From Nitrospirota bacterium (GTDB lineage Bacteria > Nitrospirota > UBA9217), in assembly GCA_029858565.1 (NCBI GenBank), contig JAOUEV010000025.1:1-47631 (forward strand): a stretch of 47,631 bases of DNA, in the 5' to 3' direction. Under the pieces are notes generated by a model that was given only the letters and a program-made list of their open reading frames with translations, was not told where the DNA came from and did not search any database. Shown one piece after another: positions 8,917-18,965 of the stretch. A program made the position numbers and the translations under genes. How positions within the stretch are numbered: the first letter of the stretch is position 1; every line of letters starts with the position of its first letter.

Positions 8917-11900
8917 GGTCATCTTTCCTATGGGGCTGCCTAGCTCTCTGTCTCAGCCTTTTTCCTGCTACAGGAATTTCAAGCGATCAAGATAGATACT
9001 TGTCCTACTGGCTGGAGCTATTGAGACAGGGGAATGCTCAAGAGAAGCAACTGGCGCTGGGTAGCCTGGGCATCCTCCGTTATGAAGAATACAGAAAGGA
9101 CACCAAGGTGCTCGATCCGATCTTCGCAGCGCTTAAGGATAAGGATTCTGCCGTGCGTGAAGCTGCCGCAGCATTTTGGACGCATATGGAGGGCCCTCTT
9201 GGTATTTCCATGTTCAAGTCGAATATGGCCTCCCATTTTTTACCTGCATTGCAGGATGATGTGCCCGCTGTGCGTGCTGAAATAGCGAAGGCGATTGCGG
9301 TTCAGCAGTCCTTCGCCAACCAGCAATTGGTCGACGCTCTCATCAAAGGTCTAAGGGATAAGGACATTTGGGTAAGGGTGAATGTTGTTTACGCGCTTGG
9401 AGAGCTTGGGAAAAAGTATTGGTCTTTTTCTACGAAGAAGATACCTTTGCCGGATCAACAGCCGATCATGCCCCGAGATAATCACAAGCGAAGGACAAAA
9501 TCCGGTGCGGTGCCTGGTGGTGTAACGGCCCCGGGAGCAGATCCGCCATATCGCTCGACCAACAAGGATGGGTCTCGCGGACGACGACGAGCGGACACTC
9601 ACGAGATAGCTCATCATCCGGCTCTTGAAGACGAGTCAGCACTCAGCGATTGTGTTCCTTCCGGAAACGGCTATAAGGTGGAGATAACTAAGCAATTGTT
9701 GGCAAGCGCTCAATCTCTTGATGTAAGCGGCGCCATAGTATCCATGACGAGACTGCTCGAAGAGGACGTTGACTGGCGTGATGTATTCGTCAAACAAGAG
9801 GTCGTGTATGCCTTTGCAAAGATGCATGTCGAGGATGAAGAGGCTATTGGCACGTTGTTGCGGAAGTACGATCATCCCTATTTGAAGAAACCAATCATAG
9901 AAACCCTGGGTATTATCGGAGCGCTCCAAGCCGAGCAGGCGCTCTTGAGATCGCTCGAGGACAATGATGAAAGCATTCGAAAGATCGCTCTTAATTCGCT
10001 GTCGGCGCTGCCGATCAAATGGGCGGAGCGAAAGAAGGAAAGAACTATTCAGATCTACAAGGATCAACTGACCAATCGATACCCGGAAGCCCGAATATAT
10101 GCCGTACGAGTTTTGGCTCGGGCAGCCTTTGTGGAGTGCGAGAAGCTTATTGTTTCCTTGCTTGGCGACAGAAATGAATCGGTCGTGATAGCGGTCGTAG
10201 AGGAACTGGGGCGACGCTGCGACGACAGGTTCCTTAAGGATCTCATCCCCCTTTTCGCGAGTGATAATGAGTTGGTACGAGATGCATCCGTTAAGGCCTT
10301 TCATCAGATTGCCGAGAGGACCACAAAGGAGCACGCTCTTGGCGAGCGAAAAGGCACATCGCGGTCTACTATAATGTTGAGTGATAATATGCCGCGACTG
10401 CATGCTCGCCAGATTCATCGAACAGCCTCCGGGTTGCTCATTGCGGTATTGGCAAAAGGAAGTGTAGTCGGGACAATGAGCGCATTGAGTATACTTGACG
10501 ATTTCGAAGATGAAAGGATCGAACCCCAACTGATCCGGTTGCTCGATAATAACTCGCTGAAAGTGCGCAATCGATCCGCATTCCTCCTCCGAGAATATGG
10601 GACCGACCAGGCTGTGGCGGCATTGGTCAAGGCACTCGATACCGCAGACAGATCGCTTAAGCTGAATTTGATATTTGCACTGGATGTCATTGGAGATATG
10701 CGCGCGAAAGATCCCTTGATTGCAATGCTTAAAGACAAGGACGAGACTGTCCGGTCCTATGCGTTAAGTGCGCTTGGGAAATATGATGATTCGTCAGTAG
10801 CAGATGCCTCCCTTCGCTCGCTCTCCGGTGAAACATCGGGAGCGGATCGAGCTTCTGCAATCAAGCTGTTAGGCAATAAACGGGATCCGCGTGCTGTGGA
10901 GTTGACGTTGAGTGCGCTGAACGAATATTGGGGACCCTCTGAATTCATGTTGAGCGAATTTGGTGATGTATCCTCTCAACAACGTGTGAGCGAAATTCTT
11001 GAGCGGTATGGATTGTTGAAAGATCAAGAGCTCATCATAAGCTTGAACAAATTGCTAGACAAACCAGATCTGTACAAGAAAATAAAGCATGATCACGAGT
11101 GGCAGCGTATATCGAAACGACTGGAAATGCTTGAGCAGAGATACAACAGGTCACAAAAGGCACCAGAGCTTCGTATATTGAACCGTGGGGTTTTGGAAGA
11201 ATTCTACCCGCAGGCGTTCCACAAGAGATATGACGACAAGACCGGTAACGTGATCAAGGTGATGCCAGAGCTTGAGTATTTGGGTAAGATTGGTGAAAAG
11301 CGGGCCGTCGAGCCCATCCTTTCTATTCTCGAAAATGAAATGAAGAAAGGGCCGGGGGTCGATGACCATTACAAAGTTCCGCTGGTCTCTGCACTCGGTC
11401 GACTGGACGATCTGCGACCTGTAGGGGTATTCGCTCAACTCCTGAGGTGCAAGGAGTCGTCGAATCCACTGAAAGAGGAAGTTCTCAAGGCATTAGGCCG
11501 GCTGAAAGCACGTGAAGCTGTTTCCCTGCTGCGGCAAATGTTGCAGGATGGGCGGAACGGGCTAGTTATGCGAGCGATTCAGGCCCTCGGAGAAATTGGC
11601 GATCCGCAAGTTATCGATGATTTGAAGGCAAAACTGTATCAAGATACCAGTATGTCGCCGTATGTAGTAAAAGCACTTTTACAGATCGGCGGCGACCGCG
11701 CGACTCTCGTGCTTATCGAGTACATGGTGGGGGACGGCGCCATGTCGAGCCATGATGATATATTCAGCTTTGTTCAGAGCTTGGACAGAAATCAGGCGGT
11801 CAGATTTTTCTTGAAATTCGCCGGAACAGCAGGTCGCGCAGATCGTCGGATCGTGAAGGTCGTTGAGATTCTTAAGACCTATAAGCCGCTGGCACAGATC

Positions 11901-13382
11901 GAGCAAATTGCACGCAGAAGCGAGGAGGAGGACCGGGACCTGTGGGTGGGCTATGTGCTCTTACTGGGAGAATTGCGGGACCCCGCCTTCATCAAGCCGC
12001 TCAAACAATATCTGAGAGATCCCGATCCTCGAGTGCGTAAAATAGCCCAAGAATCTTTGGAAGTCATCGAAGCCTCGAGTGTCGGTAACAACGCAGAAAA
12101 AGCACTGCCTGCTTCACAAGGAAAAAGGAATTTCGATGCCAGTATAAAGAACCGCTTGTGGTCGCAACGCTTGGCTATCAGGACAGCTTTTGCGAATGCC
12201 GTTCCAATGGCGCTAGATGGTCAATCTATTTACCTGGGGGGGTTCGGCGCAAGGACCAATCCCCGCTATCCAGTGCTTGACACGGCCTGGAAATTGGAGA
12301 AACGGGCTGTAGCGGATGGCGCGTCGATTCCGAAATTCGGCGACCAAGGAATAGTTTCAACCGATGCCACAGGCCGTATTACCGGCTTGGCTATTGAGGC
12401 GGCGTCCATCTATATGTGCGGATTTGACGAGGAGTTGACCACTCGGCGCTACCTGTGGCGTGTCGAAAAGAGACGATCTGAAGACGGTCTTCTTGACCCT
12501 GAGTTTGGCACCGGCGGAATAGTTAAAGTAAAACCCCAGAGTAATAATGAAAATTTAATGCCGTCGGCAATTCTATCTGTTGAGGATAATCTTATTGTCG
12601 CGGGTCACTGGACCAGATCCTCGCCCATGTATACGAGCCAAGCTCGGTTAGAAAAGCGCTCGAAGAAAACCGGTGCTTTGGTCGCTAAGTTTGGCATGCA
12701 GGGCGTCGTAATGATCGATGCATATGATATCCTAGCTGTCGCTGCCGATGCTTCCAACATCTATGTAGCAGCCGTGGATCACTCACTTGGAGTATCTGAT
12801 GCGCGCTGGCATATTCAGAAAAGATCATTAGAAAATGGCTCGCTTGTCTCATCATTTGGCCTCGATGGAATAGTAACTGAGAATCCGGGGCCGAGCGAAG
12901 ATCAGATCAATGCGCTTGCGGTCGAGGGCGACTATCTTTATGCTGTTGGCTTCAGCGTTATACCAGGAAAGTACACTGAGTGGCGAATTGAAAAACGCCG
13001 AACATCTGACGGCGCACTTGTTCCTTCATTCGGCAGGGCAGGTATTGTAACGAGCAGCAGGGGCACTGGATACGATCGGGCAATATCATTGGCGATCGAT
13101 CGGATAACGCCCGGGTTCATGTATATCGTTGGCAGGCATTCCGCGGGAGGTACCAAAGATAAACAATGGCGAATCGAAAAGCGTCGACTGGACAACGGAT
13201 CGCTTGTTGCTGATTTCGGAGAAGAAGGAATCATAACTTACAATCCAAGCGAACTCAGTGAAGGGGCTGCAGGTATAGTCGCAGACGATAGATTCATCTA
13301 TGTTACTGGAGACGATTACAGTCAGGTTAAATCCAATAGCGCGGGAGGCGGTATGTGGCAGTTGCTGAAATTTGCAAAGTAA
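8913..13382 (+). CDS. Large exported HEAT-repeat protein with C-terminal delta-60-like beta-propeller repeats
   Basis: GTG start overlaps the upstream stop (GTGA) with a GGAGG RBS. Many LxDxDxxVRxxAxxALG repeats, then six WxxEKR...G.L...FG..G.V repeats. Confidence 0.85.
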   Translation: MRSSFLWGCLALCLSLFPATGISSDQDRYLSYWLELLRQGNAQEKQLALGSLGILRYEEYRKDTKVLDPIFAALKDKDSAVREAAAAFWTHMEGPLGISMFKSNMASHFLPALQDDVPAVRAEIAKAIAVQQSFANQQLVDALIKGLRDKDIWVRVNVVYALGELGKKYWSFSTKKIPLPDQQPIMPRDNHKRRTKSGAVPGGVTAPGADPPYRSTNKDGSRGRRRADTHEIAHHPALEDESALSDCVPSGNGYKVEITKQLLASAQSLDVSGAIVSMTRLLEEDVDWRDVFVKQEVVYAFAKMHVEDEEAIGTLLRKYDHPYLKKPIIETLGIIGALQAEQALLRSLEDNDESIRKIALNSLSALPIKWAERKKERTIQIYKDQLTNRYPEARIYAVRVLARAAFVECEKLIVSLLGDRNESVVIAVVEELGRRCDDRFLKDLIPLFASDNELVRDASVKAFHQIAERTTKEHALGERKGTSRSTIMLSDNMPRLHARQIHRTASGLLIAVLAKGSVVGTMSALSILDDFEDERIEPQLIRLLDNNSLKVRNRSAFLLREYGTDQAVAALVKALDTADRSLKLNLIFALDVIGDMRAKDPLIAMLKDKDETVRSYALSALGKYDDSSVADASLRSLSGETSGADRASAIKLLGNKRDPRAVELTLSALNEYWGPSEFMLSEFGDVSSQQRVSEILERYGLLKDQELIISLNKLLDKPDLYKKIKHDHEWQRISKRLEMLEQRYNRSQKAPELRILNRGVLEEFYPQAFHKRYDDKTGNVIKVMPELEYLGKIGEKRAVEPILSILENEMKKGPGVDDHYKVPLVSALGRLDDLRPVGVFAQLLRCKESSNPLKEEVLKALGRLKAREAVSLLRQMLQDGRNGLVMRAIQALGEIGDPQVIDDLKAKLYQDTSMSPYVVKALLQIGGDRATLVLIEYMVGDGAMSSHDDIFSFVQSLDRNQAVRFFLKFAGTAGRADRRIVKVVEILKTYKPLAQIEQIARRSEEEDRDLWVGYVLLLGELRDPAFIKPLKQYLRDPDPRVRKIAQESLEVIEASSVGNNAEKALPASQGKRNFDASIKNRLWSQRLAIRTAFANAVPMALDGQSIYLGGFGARTNPRYPVLDTAWKLEKRAVADGASIPKFGDQGIVSTDATGRITGLAIEAASIYMCGFDEELTTRRYLWRVEKRRSEDGLLDPEFGTGGIVKVKPQSNNENLMPSAILSVEDNLIVAGHWTRSSPMYTSQARLEKRSKKTGALVAKFGMQGVVMIDAYDILAVAADASNIYVAAVDHSLGVSDARWHIQKRSLENGSLVSSFGLDGIVTENPGPSEDQINALAVEGDYLYAVGFSVIPGKYTEWRIEKRRTSDGALVPSFGRAGIVTSSRGTGYDRAISLAIDRITPGFMYIVGRHSAGGTKDKQWRIEKRRLDNGSLVADFGEEGIITYNPSELSEGAAGIVADDRFIYVTGDDYSQVKSNSAGGGMWQLLKFAK

Positions 13383-13543
13383 CCTTTGGGACTCCTCGGC
13401 AAACACACAATAGACACAAGATGAGAAAGTGGATTAGTATCGATCTGTGACATAGTTCTTTATAGGAAGGCGACTGATACATACGGTGCTACTCGATGAT
13501 TCATCGCGATGCATTCTGAGAGCCAACTTTCCCAAGGTTTCAG

Positions 13544-13638
13544 ATGAACCGCGGCGAGCTTGCCACGTTGTACTGCTTCGTGTTCCTGCTCATCGCTGCA
13601 AAGGGAGCAGGATCTGGTCGCTGGACAGGAAGGATTAG
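13544..13638 (+). pseudogene. Second copy of the doxX 3' end (fragment)
   Basis: NRGELATLYCFVFLLIAAKG.../WSLDRKD* parallels 7965-8054. A 24-bp core is identical at 7985-8008 and 13570-13593. Confidence 0.8.
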
Positions 13639-13697
13639 CACTACATCCAGGCAAGTCCCCCCTCACCCGGGGGAGAGGATAAAAAGGAGGCACTATC

Positions 13698-14429
13698 ATG
13701 AAATACCTACTTCCCCTGCTGCTTTTGACGCTGCTCGCCACGCCCCTTCACGCACAGGAAGCATTTGAAAAGGATGTGATCAAGACCTCTGGCGGCGATC
13801 TGGAGATCACCTTTATCGGCCATGGTACGCTCATGATGAAGTTCGGCGGTAAAGTGATCCATGTAGACCCCTTCAGCAAGGTCGCGGATTATTCCAAGCT
13901 GCCGAAGGCGGACCTGCTGCTGATCACCCACGAGCACCAGGACCATCTGGACATGGCGGTGATCGGCGCAATCAGGAGGCCGGACACGAGGGTGGTCCTG
14001 ACCGAGGAGGGCGCGAAGAAGCTCTCTGACGGCATGATCATGAAAAACGGCGACGTCCAGACCGTTTTGGGTGTGAAGATCGAGGCAGTGCCTGCCTACA
14101 ACCTGGTGCACAAGCGCGAGAACGGCCAGCCCTATCATCCCAAGGGACAGGGGAACGGGTACGTGCTGACCTTCGGCGCTACGCGGCTCTACATCGCCGG
14201 GGACACCGAGAACACGCCGGAGATGACAGCGCTCAAGAACATCGACGTCGCTTTCCTGCCCATGAACCTTCCCTACACCATGACGCCCGAGATGGTGGCG
14301 GACGCTGCAAAGGCATTCAAGCCCAAGGTGCTCTATCCTTATCATACGGGGGATTCTGATGTGACGAAACTCATCAGCTTGATGAACGATGCGGGAAATG
14401 TTGAAGTGAAGATCAGGAAGATGAAATAA
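13698..14429 (+). CDS. Exported metallo-beta-lactamase-fold Zn hydrolase
   Basis: Signal peptide; GHGT, THEHQDH, YIAGDT and YPYH motifs; AGGAGG RBS. Confidence 0.9.
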   Translation: MKYLLPLLLLTLLATPLHAQEAFEKDVIKTSGGDLEITFIGHGTLMMKFGGKVIHVDPFSKVADYSKLPKADLLLITHEHQDHLDMAVIGAIRRPDTRVVLTEEGAKKLSDGMIMKNGDVQTVLGVKIEAVPAYNLVHKRENGQPYHPKGQGNGYVLTFGATRLYIAGDTENTPEMTALKNIDVAFLPMNLPYTMTPEMVADAAKAFKPKVLYPYHTGDSDVTKLISLMNDAGNVEVKIRKMK

Positions 14430-14523
14430 GCATTATCTCCTGAGCGAATTCAGTGCTATACTCTTTGGAAGCAGCGGGTGTCCTTCCGCAAAGCGGCACT
14501 TGATATCTACCAAGAGGTCCTGC

Positions 14524-16017
14524 ATGGCAATTACGCTCCGTCCTGACGAGAACATCGACCGCTTCAAGCTCGGCCTGAACCACAAGTACCTTCATTTCCG
14601 CAGGACCAAGATCATCGCCACCATCGGCCCCGCGTCCTCCAGCCCCGTCATGATCAAAAAGCTGCTCAGGAGCGGCATGAACGTGTGCCGCATCAACTTT
14701 TCCCACGGCAAGCCGGATGATCATCTCAAGACAATGGCGCTGATCAGGAAGATCTCCGCCCAGCTCCGCATCCCGGTGGCGATCCTCGGGGACCTCTGCG
14801 GCCCCAAGATCCGCGTCGGCAGGTTCCGGAATGACGCCGTGACGCTGAAGGACGGTTCCATCGTTATGATCACCGTGGATAAGGTGCTGGGTACGGAAAC
14901 GCTCATTCCCTGCCAGTACAAGCAGCTGGTACGCGAGGTGAAGGTCAACGAACAGATCCTGCTCGACGACGGGAACCTGGAGCTGAAAGTGCTGGGCAAG
15001 GAGAACGGCCGGGTCCGTGCGCGGGTGGTGCGCGGCGGCATCCTCAAGAACAACAAAGGCATGAACCTGCCGGACACGAAGCTGAAGGTCGCTGCCCTGA
15101 CGGCAAAGGACCGAAAGGACGCGATCTATTGCATCAAAGGCGGCGTGGACTACATCGCCCTTTCCTTTGTGCGGAAATCCCGGGACATCGAGGACTTGAA
15201 AAAGATCCTGCGCCGCAGGAAGGCGGACATCCATGTGATCGCCAAGATCGAGAAGCCCGAGGCGCTCGACAATATCCGCGAGATCATCGCGGCAGCCGAC
15301 GGCATCATGATCGCCCGGGGCGACCTGGGTGTCGAGCTGCCCGCGAAAAAGGTGCCTTTTATCCAGGACACGCTGATCGAAGCCTGCATCTCCGAGCGGA
15401 AGCCGGTGATCGTGGCAACCCAGATGCTCGAAAGCATGATGGAACACGGCCGGCCCACGCGCGCCGAGGTCACCGACGTGTCCATGGCCTGCGACTCCGG
15501 CGCAGACGCGGTGATGCTCTCGGGCGAGACAGCATCAGGCAAATATCCCCTGGAAGCGCTTACCACCATGGACGCGATCCTTCGGGAAACCGAGTCCTAT
15601 CGGTTCTTTGCCCGGGGCGGCCTGTTCCGGGACCCGCTGACGCGGCCCACGCGGGATGTACAGGACGCGGTGAGCGCAGCGATCTCCCAGCTCTCCCGCG
15701 ACCTCATGGTCCGCTGCGTTCTGACCGAGACCCGGACCGGCCGAACCGCCATCGTCGTGGCGGCTGACAGGCCCTCCTCGCCGATCCTCGCCCTGACACC
15801 ATCGGTCTCGGTGCTGCGAAAACTGCTGCTCATATGGGGCGTTGTTCCGAACCTGACCACGGGAAAGCTCTTCTCCGTGGACAAGAGCCTTGCTTTCGCG
15901 GAATCTTTTATGCGGAAACAGGACATTGCCAAGTCCGGCGACTACATGCTCCTCGTGCGAGGCATCGGATATAAGAAGACCGACATCCAGTCGATCATCG
16001 TCCACCAGATGTCCTAG
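14524..16017 (+). CDS. pyk: Pyruvate kinase
   Basis: RRTKIIATIGP, RINFSHG, IAKIEK, MIARGDLGVE, ATQMLESM, PTRAEVTDV and VMLSGETA motifs. Confidence 0.97.
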   Translation: MAITLRPDENIDRFKLGLNHKYLHFRRTKIIATIGPASSSPVMIKKLLRSGMNVCRINFSHGKPDDHLKTMALIRKISAQLRIPVAILGDLCGPKIRVGRFRNDAVTLKDGSIVMITVDKVLGTETLIPCQYKQLVREVKVNEQILLDDGNLELKVLGKENGRVRARVVRGGILKNNKGMNLPDTKLKVAALTAKDRKDAIYCIKGGVDYIALSFVRKSRDIEDLKKILRRRKADIHVIAKIEKPEALDNIREIIAAADGIMIARGDLGVELPAKKVPFIQDTLIEACISERKPVIVATQMLESMMEHGRPTRAEVTDVSMACDSGADAVMLSGETASGKYPLEALTTMDAILRETESYRFFARGGLFRDPLTRPTRDVQDAVSAAISQLSRDLMVRCVLTETRTGRTAIVVAADRPSSPILALTPSVSVLRKLLLIWGVVPNLTTGKLFSVDKSLAFAESFMRKQDIAKSGDYMLLVRGIGYKKTDIQSIIVHQMS

Positions 16018-16108
16018 CCAAATCTCTTGCCATTTTGCTCCTGATAATGTAATTTTCCCGAGGATCCCGGCACGCTCGTCGCAGACTCTATTCCACGAGG
16101 AGTACACA

Positions 16109-17119
16109 ATGATGCATTTGCCCTTTTCGCGTTCCCGTTGCGGGTGTTCTGTCGCAGCAGTGCTGCTTGTCGCATTGTTGTCCGCTTTTGGATGCGCTGA
16201 GAAAACAGCGGCGCCAAAGCTTACTTCCGAAGAAAAAGACAGAGAACGCGCGCGGGTGAAAGCAATCTTCACCCAGATCGACCAGGAGAACAATACGGTG
16301 AAGCGTACGGCCGGGTGGTTGAAGGAAGCGTACCAGGGGATCGGGATCAAGAAATTGAACGATGTCCCCCGGGACAGCTTCTCGTCCTACGCCAGCTTTC
16401 TTTACAAGAATCAGGTCTACGTCATAGTCCATCCGGGATACTTCACTTTTTTCCAGAACACCGGCGATGTCCCTCTTGGCCAGGTCGTTGAGGGGATGCC
16501 CATATTGAATGTGGTCGAGCGGTTCACCATGGATCTCAAGCCGGAGCAGCAGAACCTTCGCATCATGAGGGAACAGGAGCGCATTCTTCGCGACTTCATG
16601 GAGTTCATGTCCCGCGACAAGAAGCTTCTCATCGTGGTCGTACCCGGTGACTACCGTGCCCATATATCGGTCAAGGGAGCGGATGCCGGTGATGAATACG
16701 CCCGCTTCCTGAATGACCTCACCAATCGGTCGGAGTCGGTGCTGTACGTGGAATCGGAGACCTGGAGCAACGGCTTCCTGGCCCAGCGGGAACTGAACCT
16801 GTTCGCTGATTTCGTGAACGCTGTGGGCGCGAAGCGGGTCGTAATCGGCGGAGGATACATCGGGATGTGCCTGGACAATTTCTACGCGTCCATTGTGAAG
16901 GAGAAAATACCGCGCAGCAAGGCATCCTTTGCACTTGATCTCACCACGATCTCTCCGGCCATGGAGGTCCCGTCCGGCATCGAGGTGCTGGACCAGTCCG
17001 GCAGGCTGGATTTTGCCGGTGTGAAAAAATATTTCCGTTCCAGGGGCGATACGATGCTGCAGGATGAGGCAAAGCGGCTTCGGAAAAATCCTTTTTACGA
17101 TGTGTATGCGCACCGCTAG
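16109..17119 (+). CDS. Hypothetical lipoprotein
   Basis: GAGGAG RBS before ATG 16109; lipobox-like AFGC; long GC3-biased ORF ending at a terminator. Confidence 0.7.
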   Translation: MMHLPFSRSRCGCSVAAVLLVALLSAFGCAEKTAAPKLTSEEKDRERARVKAIFTQIDQENNTVKRTAGWLKEAYQGIGIKKLNDVPRDSFSSYASFLYKNQVYVIVHPGYFTFFQNTGDVPLGQVVEGMPILNVVERFTMDLKPEQQNLRIMREQERILRDFMEFMSRDKKLLIVVVPGDYRAHISVKGADAGDEYARFLNDLTNRSESVLYVESETWSNGFLAQRELNLFADFVNAVGAKRVVIGGGYIGMCLDNFYASIVKEKIPRSKASFALDLTTISPAMEVPSGIEVLDQSGRLDFAGVKKYFRSRGDTMLQDEAKRLRKNPFYDVYAHR

Positions 17120-17134
17120 GGTCCGGCACCGAGC

Positions 17135-17171
17135 AAAAAAACCCTTCACCATCAGCGGTGAAGGGTTTTTT
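17135..17171. terminator. Bidirectional intrinsic terminator
   Basis: AAAAAAACCCTTCACC-atcagc-GGTGAAGGGTTTTTT between convergent genes. Confidence 0.92.
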
Positions 17172-17192
17172 ATTTCGTTAAGGAAACCGGCG

Positions 17193-17810
17193 TTATTTCT
17201 TCTTCATTGCTTCGGCAACCCGGCCGACCATTTTGATGGACGGCTTGAGTGTCACATCGCCCTTCCGCTTCCATTGCGCCGGCACTGCTTCCGCCGGGCT
17301 TCCGGCCAGAAGGATGTTCGCACGGATCTTTCTGATCAGCTCGTCGATGTTCCTTCCGAGATTATAGAAGTTCATCTCTGAGTTCAACAGCACGCCCTGG
17401 GGGCTGATGATGTAGGTTCCGCGCAAGGCCAGGCCTGTTGCTTCGTCAAGCACATTGTAGGCGTGGCATGCCGCGCCCGTGGGATCGGACCCCATAAGGT
17501 AGCGAACGTTCGCCAGGGCCTTTTCATCCCGCTGCCATGCCAGATGCACGAACTTGGTGTCCCTGCTCACGGTGATCAGCTCGGCCTTCAGGTTCCGGAA
17601 CTCCTCCTGCCGCTCTGCCAGGGCGGCGAATTCCGTTGCTCAGACAAACGTGAAGTCCGCAGGATAGAAAAACAGCACTGTCCATTTCTTTGCGGCCATG
17701 AGCTTCTTGAGACTGACCTCTCCGAATACCTGTTTTGCCGGATCAAATGTTTCCAGGAGAAAATCCGGCGCCTTCTGACCGACCCTGAGTGAACCGCAGC
17801 ATTCTGACAT
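17193..17810 (-). CDS. AhpC-type peroxiredoxin, predicted selenoprotein (TFVU)
   Basis: ORFs 17640..17912 and 17193..17570 are one frame joined by TGA 17642-17640: FFYPADFTFV-U-ATEFAAL. AGGAGG precedes ATG 17810. Confidence 0.92.
17596..17635 (-). other. Bacterial SECIS-like hairpin
   Basis: CGGAATTC/GAGTTCCG lower stem, GCCGC/GCGGC upper stem, and apical GGC about 21 nt after the UGA. Confidence 0.72.
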
Positions 17811-17918
17811 GAGAGCCTCCTTTGGTGGTTTTAACTTCCCCGGTGTCCTTTTCCAGTTTAGCTGAGTTATCGATCGCCCTCGAGGAAACGCGCTTCTGCA
17901 GGTCATCAGCAAGAGACC

Positions 17919-18404
17919 TCAGAATCCCCGGTACACACCAATGCCGAAGGAGAAGCGGGGGCCTTGATAGGGCGACCAGAGATGGACGTCCCGCGCTGAC
18001 AGCGCGGGATAGCCGTACTCTATCTCTCCGAGCGGATGGACCTCGACTCCCGCGACCTCTGCGATCACCGTGACCGAACGTCCGCGATGGTAGATGGCGG
18101 CATCCAGGAACTGCGCAACATGCACGATGAACCTGCCGCCTGTCTCATCGGTCATGAGCGGCCTGCCCTGGCTGTCCAATGGCTTCTGGAGCACCTCGAT
18201 ACGCGTGCCCTCCTTCTGGTTCTTGGTCTCGACGATCGTCCCTCCGACCATGACAAGCGCTCCGGAGAACCGCTCCGGTGATCTTTGCAGATCAGCATAA
18301 GCGGCATCGGGCGTCAACTTACCGAGCAGGTCCTTGGGAAAAGGCGGCGCGCACCCGGCCAGAACAGCAACGGCCAAGACAGCTGCACTGAGAATTCTTT
18401 TCAT
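17919..18404 (-). CDS. Slp family outer membrane lipoprotein
   Basis: Lipobox VLAGC; GGTIV...EVLQKPLD..GRP...GGRF...FLDAAIY..GR..TV signature. Confidence 0.88.
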   Translation of the reverse strand: MKRILSAAVLAVAVLAGCAPPFPKDLLGKLTPDAAYADLQRSPERFSGALVMVGGTIVETKNQKEGTRIEVLQKPLDSQGRPLMTDETGGRFIVHVAQFLDAAIYHRGRSVTVIAEVAGVEVHPLGEIEYGYPALSARDVHLWSPYQGPRFSFGIGVYRGF

Positions 18405-18463
18405 GCTTGTATTATACCGCAGGTCAGAAAAAGACGGGGACAGCGGACGGCGAAGGCGGAATC

Positions 18464-18937
18464 TCAGCGAACCGCCCGATCGGACAGCGGGTCTATCCAC
18501 GAAGGATCGCCGGCAGCAGGCCGGGACCGGTCCCAGAGCCGCATCTCCTTCGCGGTAATGACCGGCATTTCGCGTTCCGCGGAGGAGACCGTGCCGCCAA
18601 CGGTGATCTCCCTGCCCGGAGAGTAGATCATGGCATCGAGGTATGCGCGATGGCGTACCAGGAATCGGCCTCCGGTCCGATCGGTCCTGCGGGGCCTGCC
18701 CCAGAAATCGAGGTCCTTCTGGACGATCTCGATCTCTGTTCCGATCTTAAGGTTGCGGAGCTCAGCGATAACGCCGCCGAGGATCACGGTCTTCCCGTTG
18801 TGCGCATCGGGCTCGGCCCGAAGGAGTGCGAATGTGAGGTTGGTGTCTGCGGTGCTGGTGAGTTCGGGGGAAAGGGCGGAACCGCAGCCGGCCAGGAGGA
18901 TACAGACCATGACGCACGGAAAGATGAAGGAACGCAT
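18464..18937 (-). CDS. Slp family outer membrane lipoprotein (tandem paralog)
   Basis: Lipobox LLAGC; GGVI...EIVQKDLDFWGRP...GGRF...YLDAMIYSPGREITV. Confidence 0.85.
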   Translation of the reverse strand: MRSFIFPCVMVCILLAGCGSALSPELTSTADTNLTFALLRAEPDAHNGKTVILGGVIAELRNLKIGTEIEIVQKDLDFWGRPRRTDRTGGRFLVRHRAYLDAMIYSPGREITVGGTVSSAEREMPVITAKEMRLWDRSRPAAGDPSWIDPLSDRAVR

Positions 18938-18965
18938 GCTGATCTCCTCCGTCCTTCCGGACGGT

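Noticed and set aside
13655-13680. CCCCCTCACCCGGGGGAGAGG, REP-like palindrome
   Set aside because: Single short imperfect copy; no repeat family seen in the window.
14413-17152. Long minus-strand ORFs 14413..15447, 15535..16350 and 16088..17152
   Set aside because: Shadows of pyk and the lipoprotein gene.
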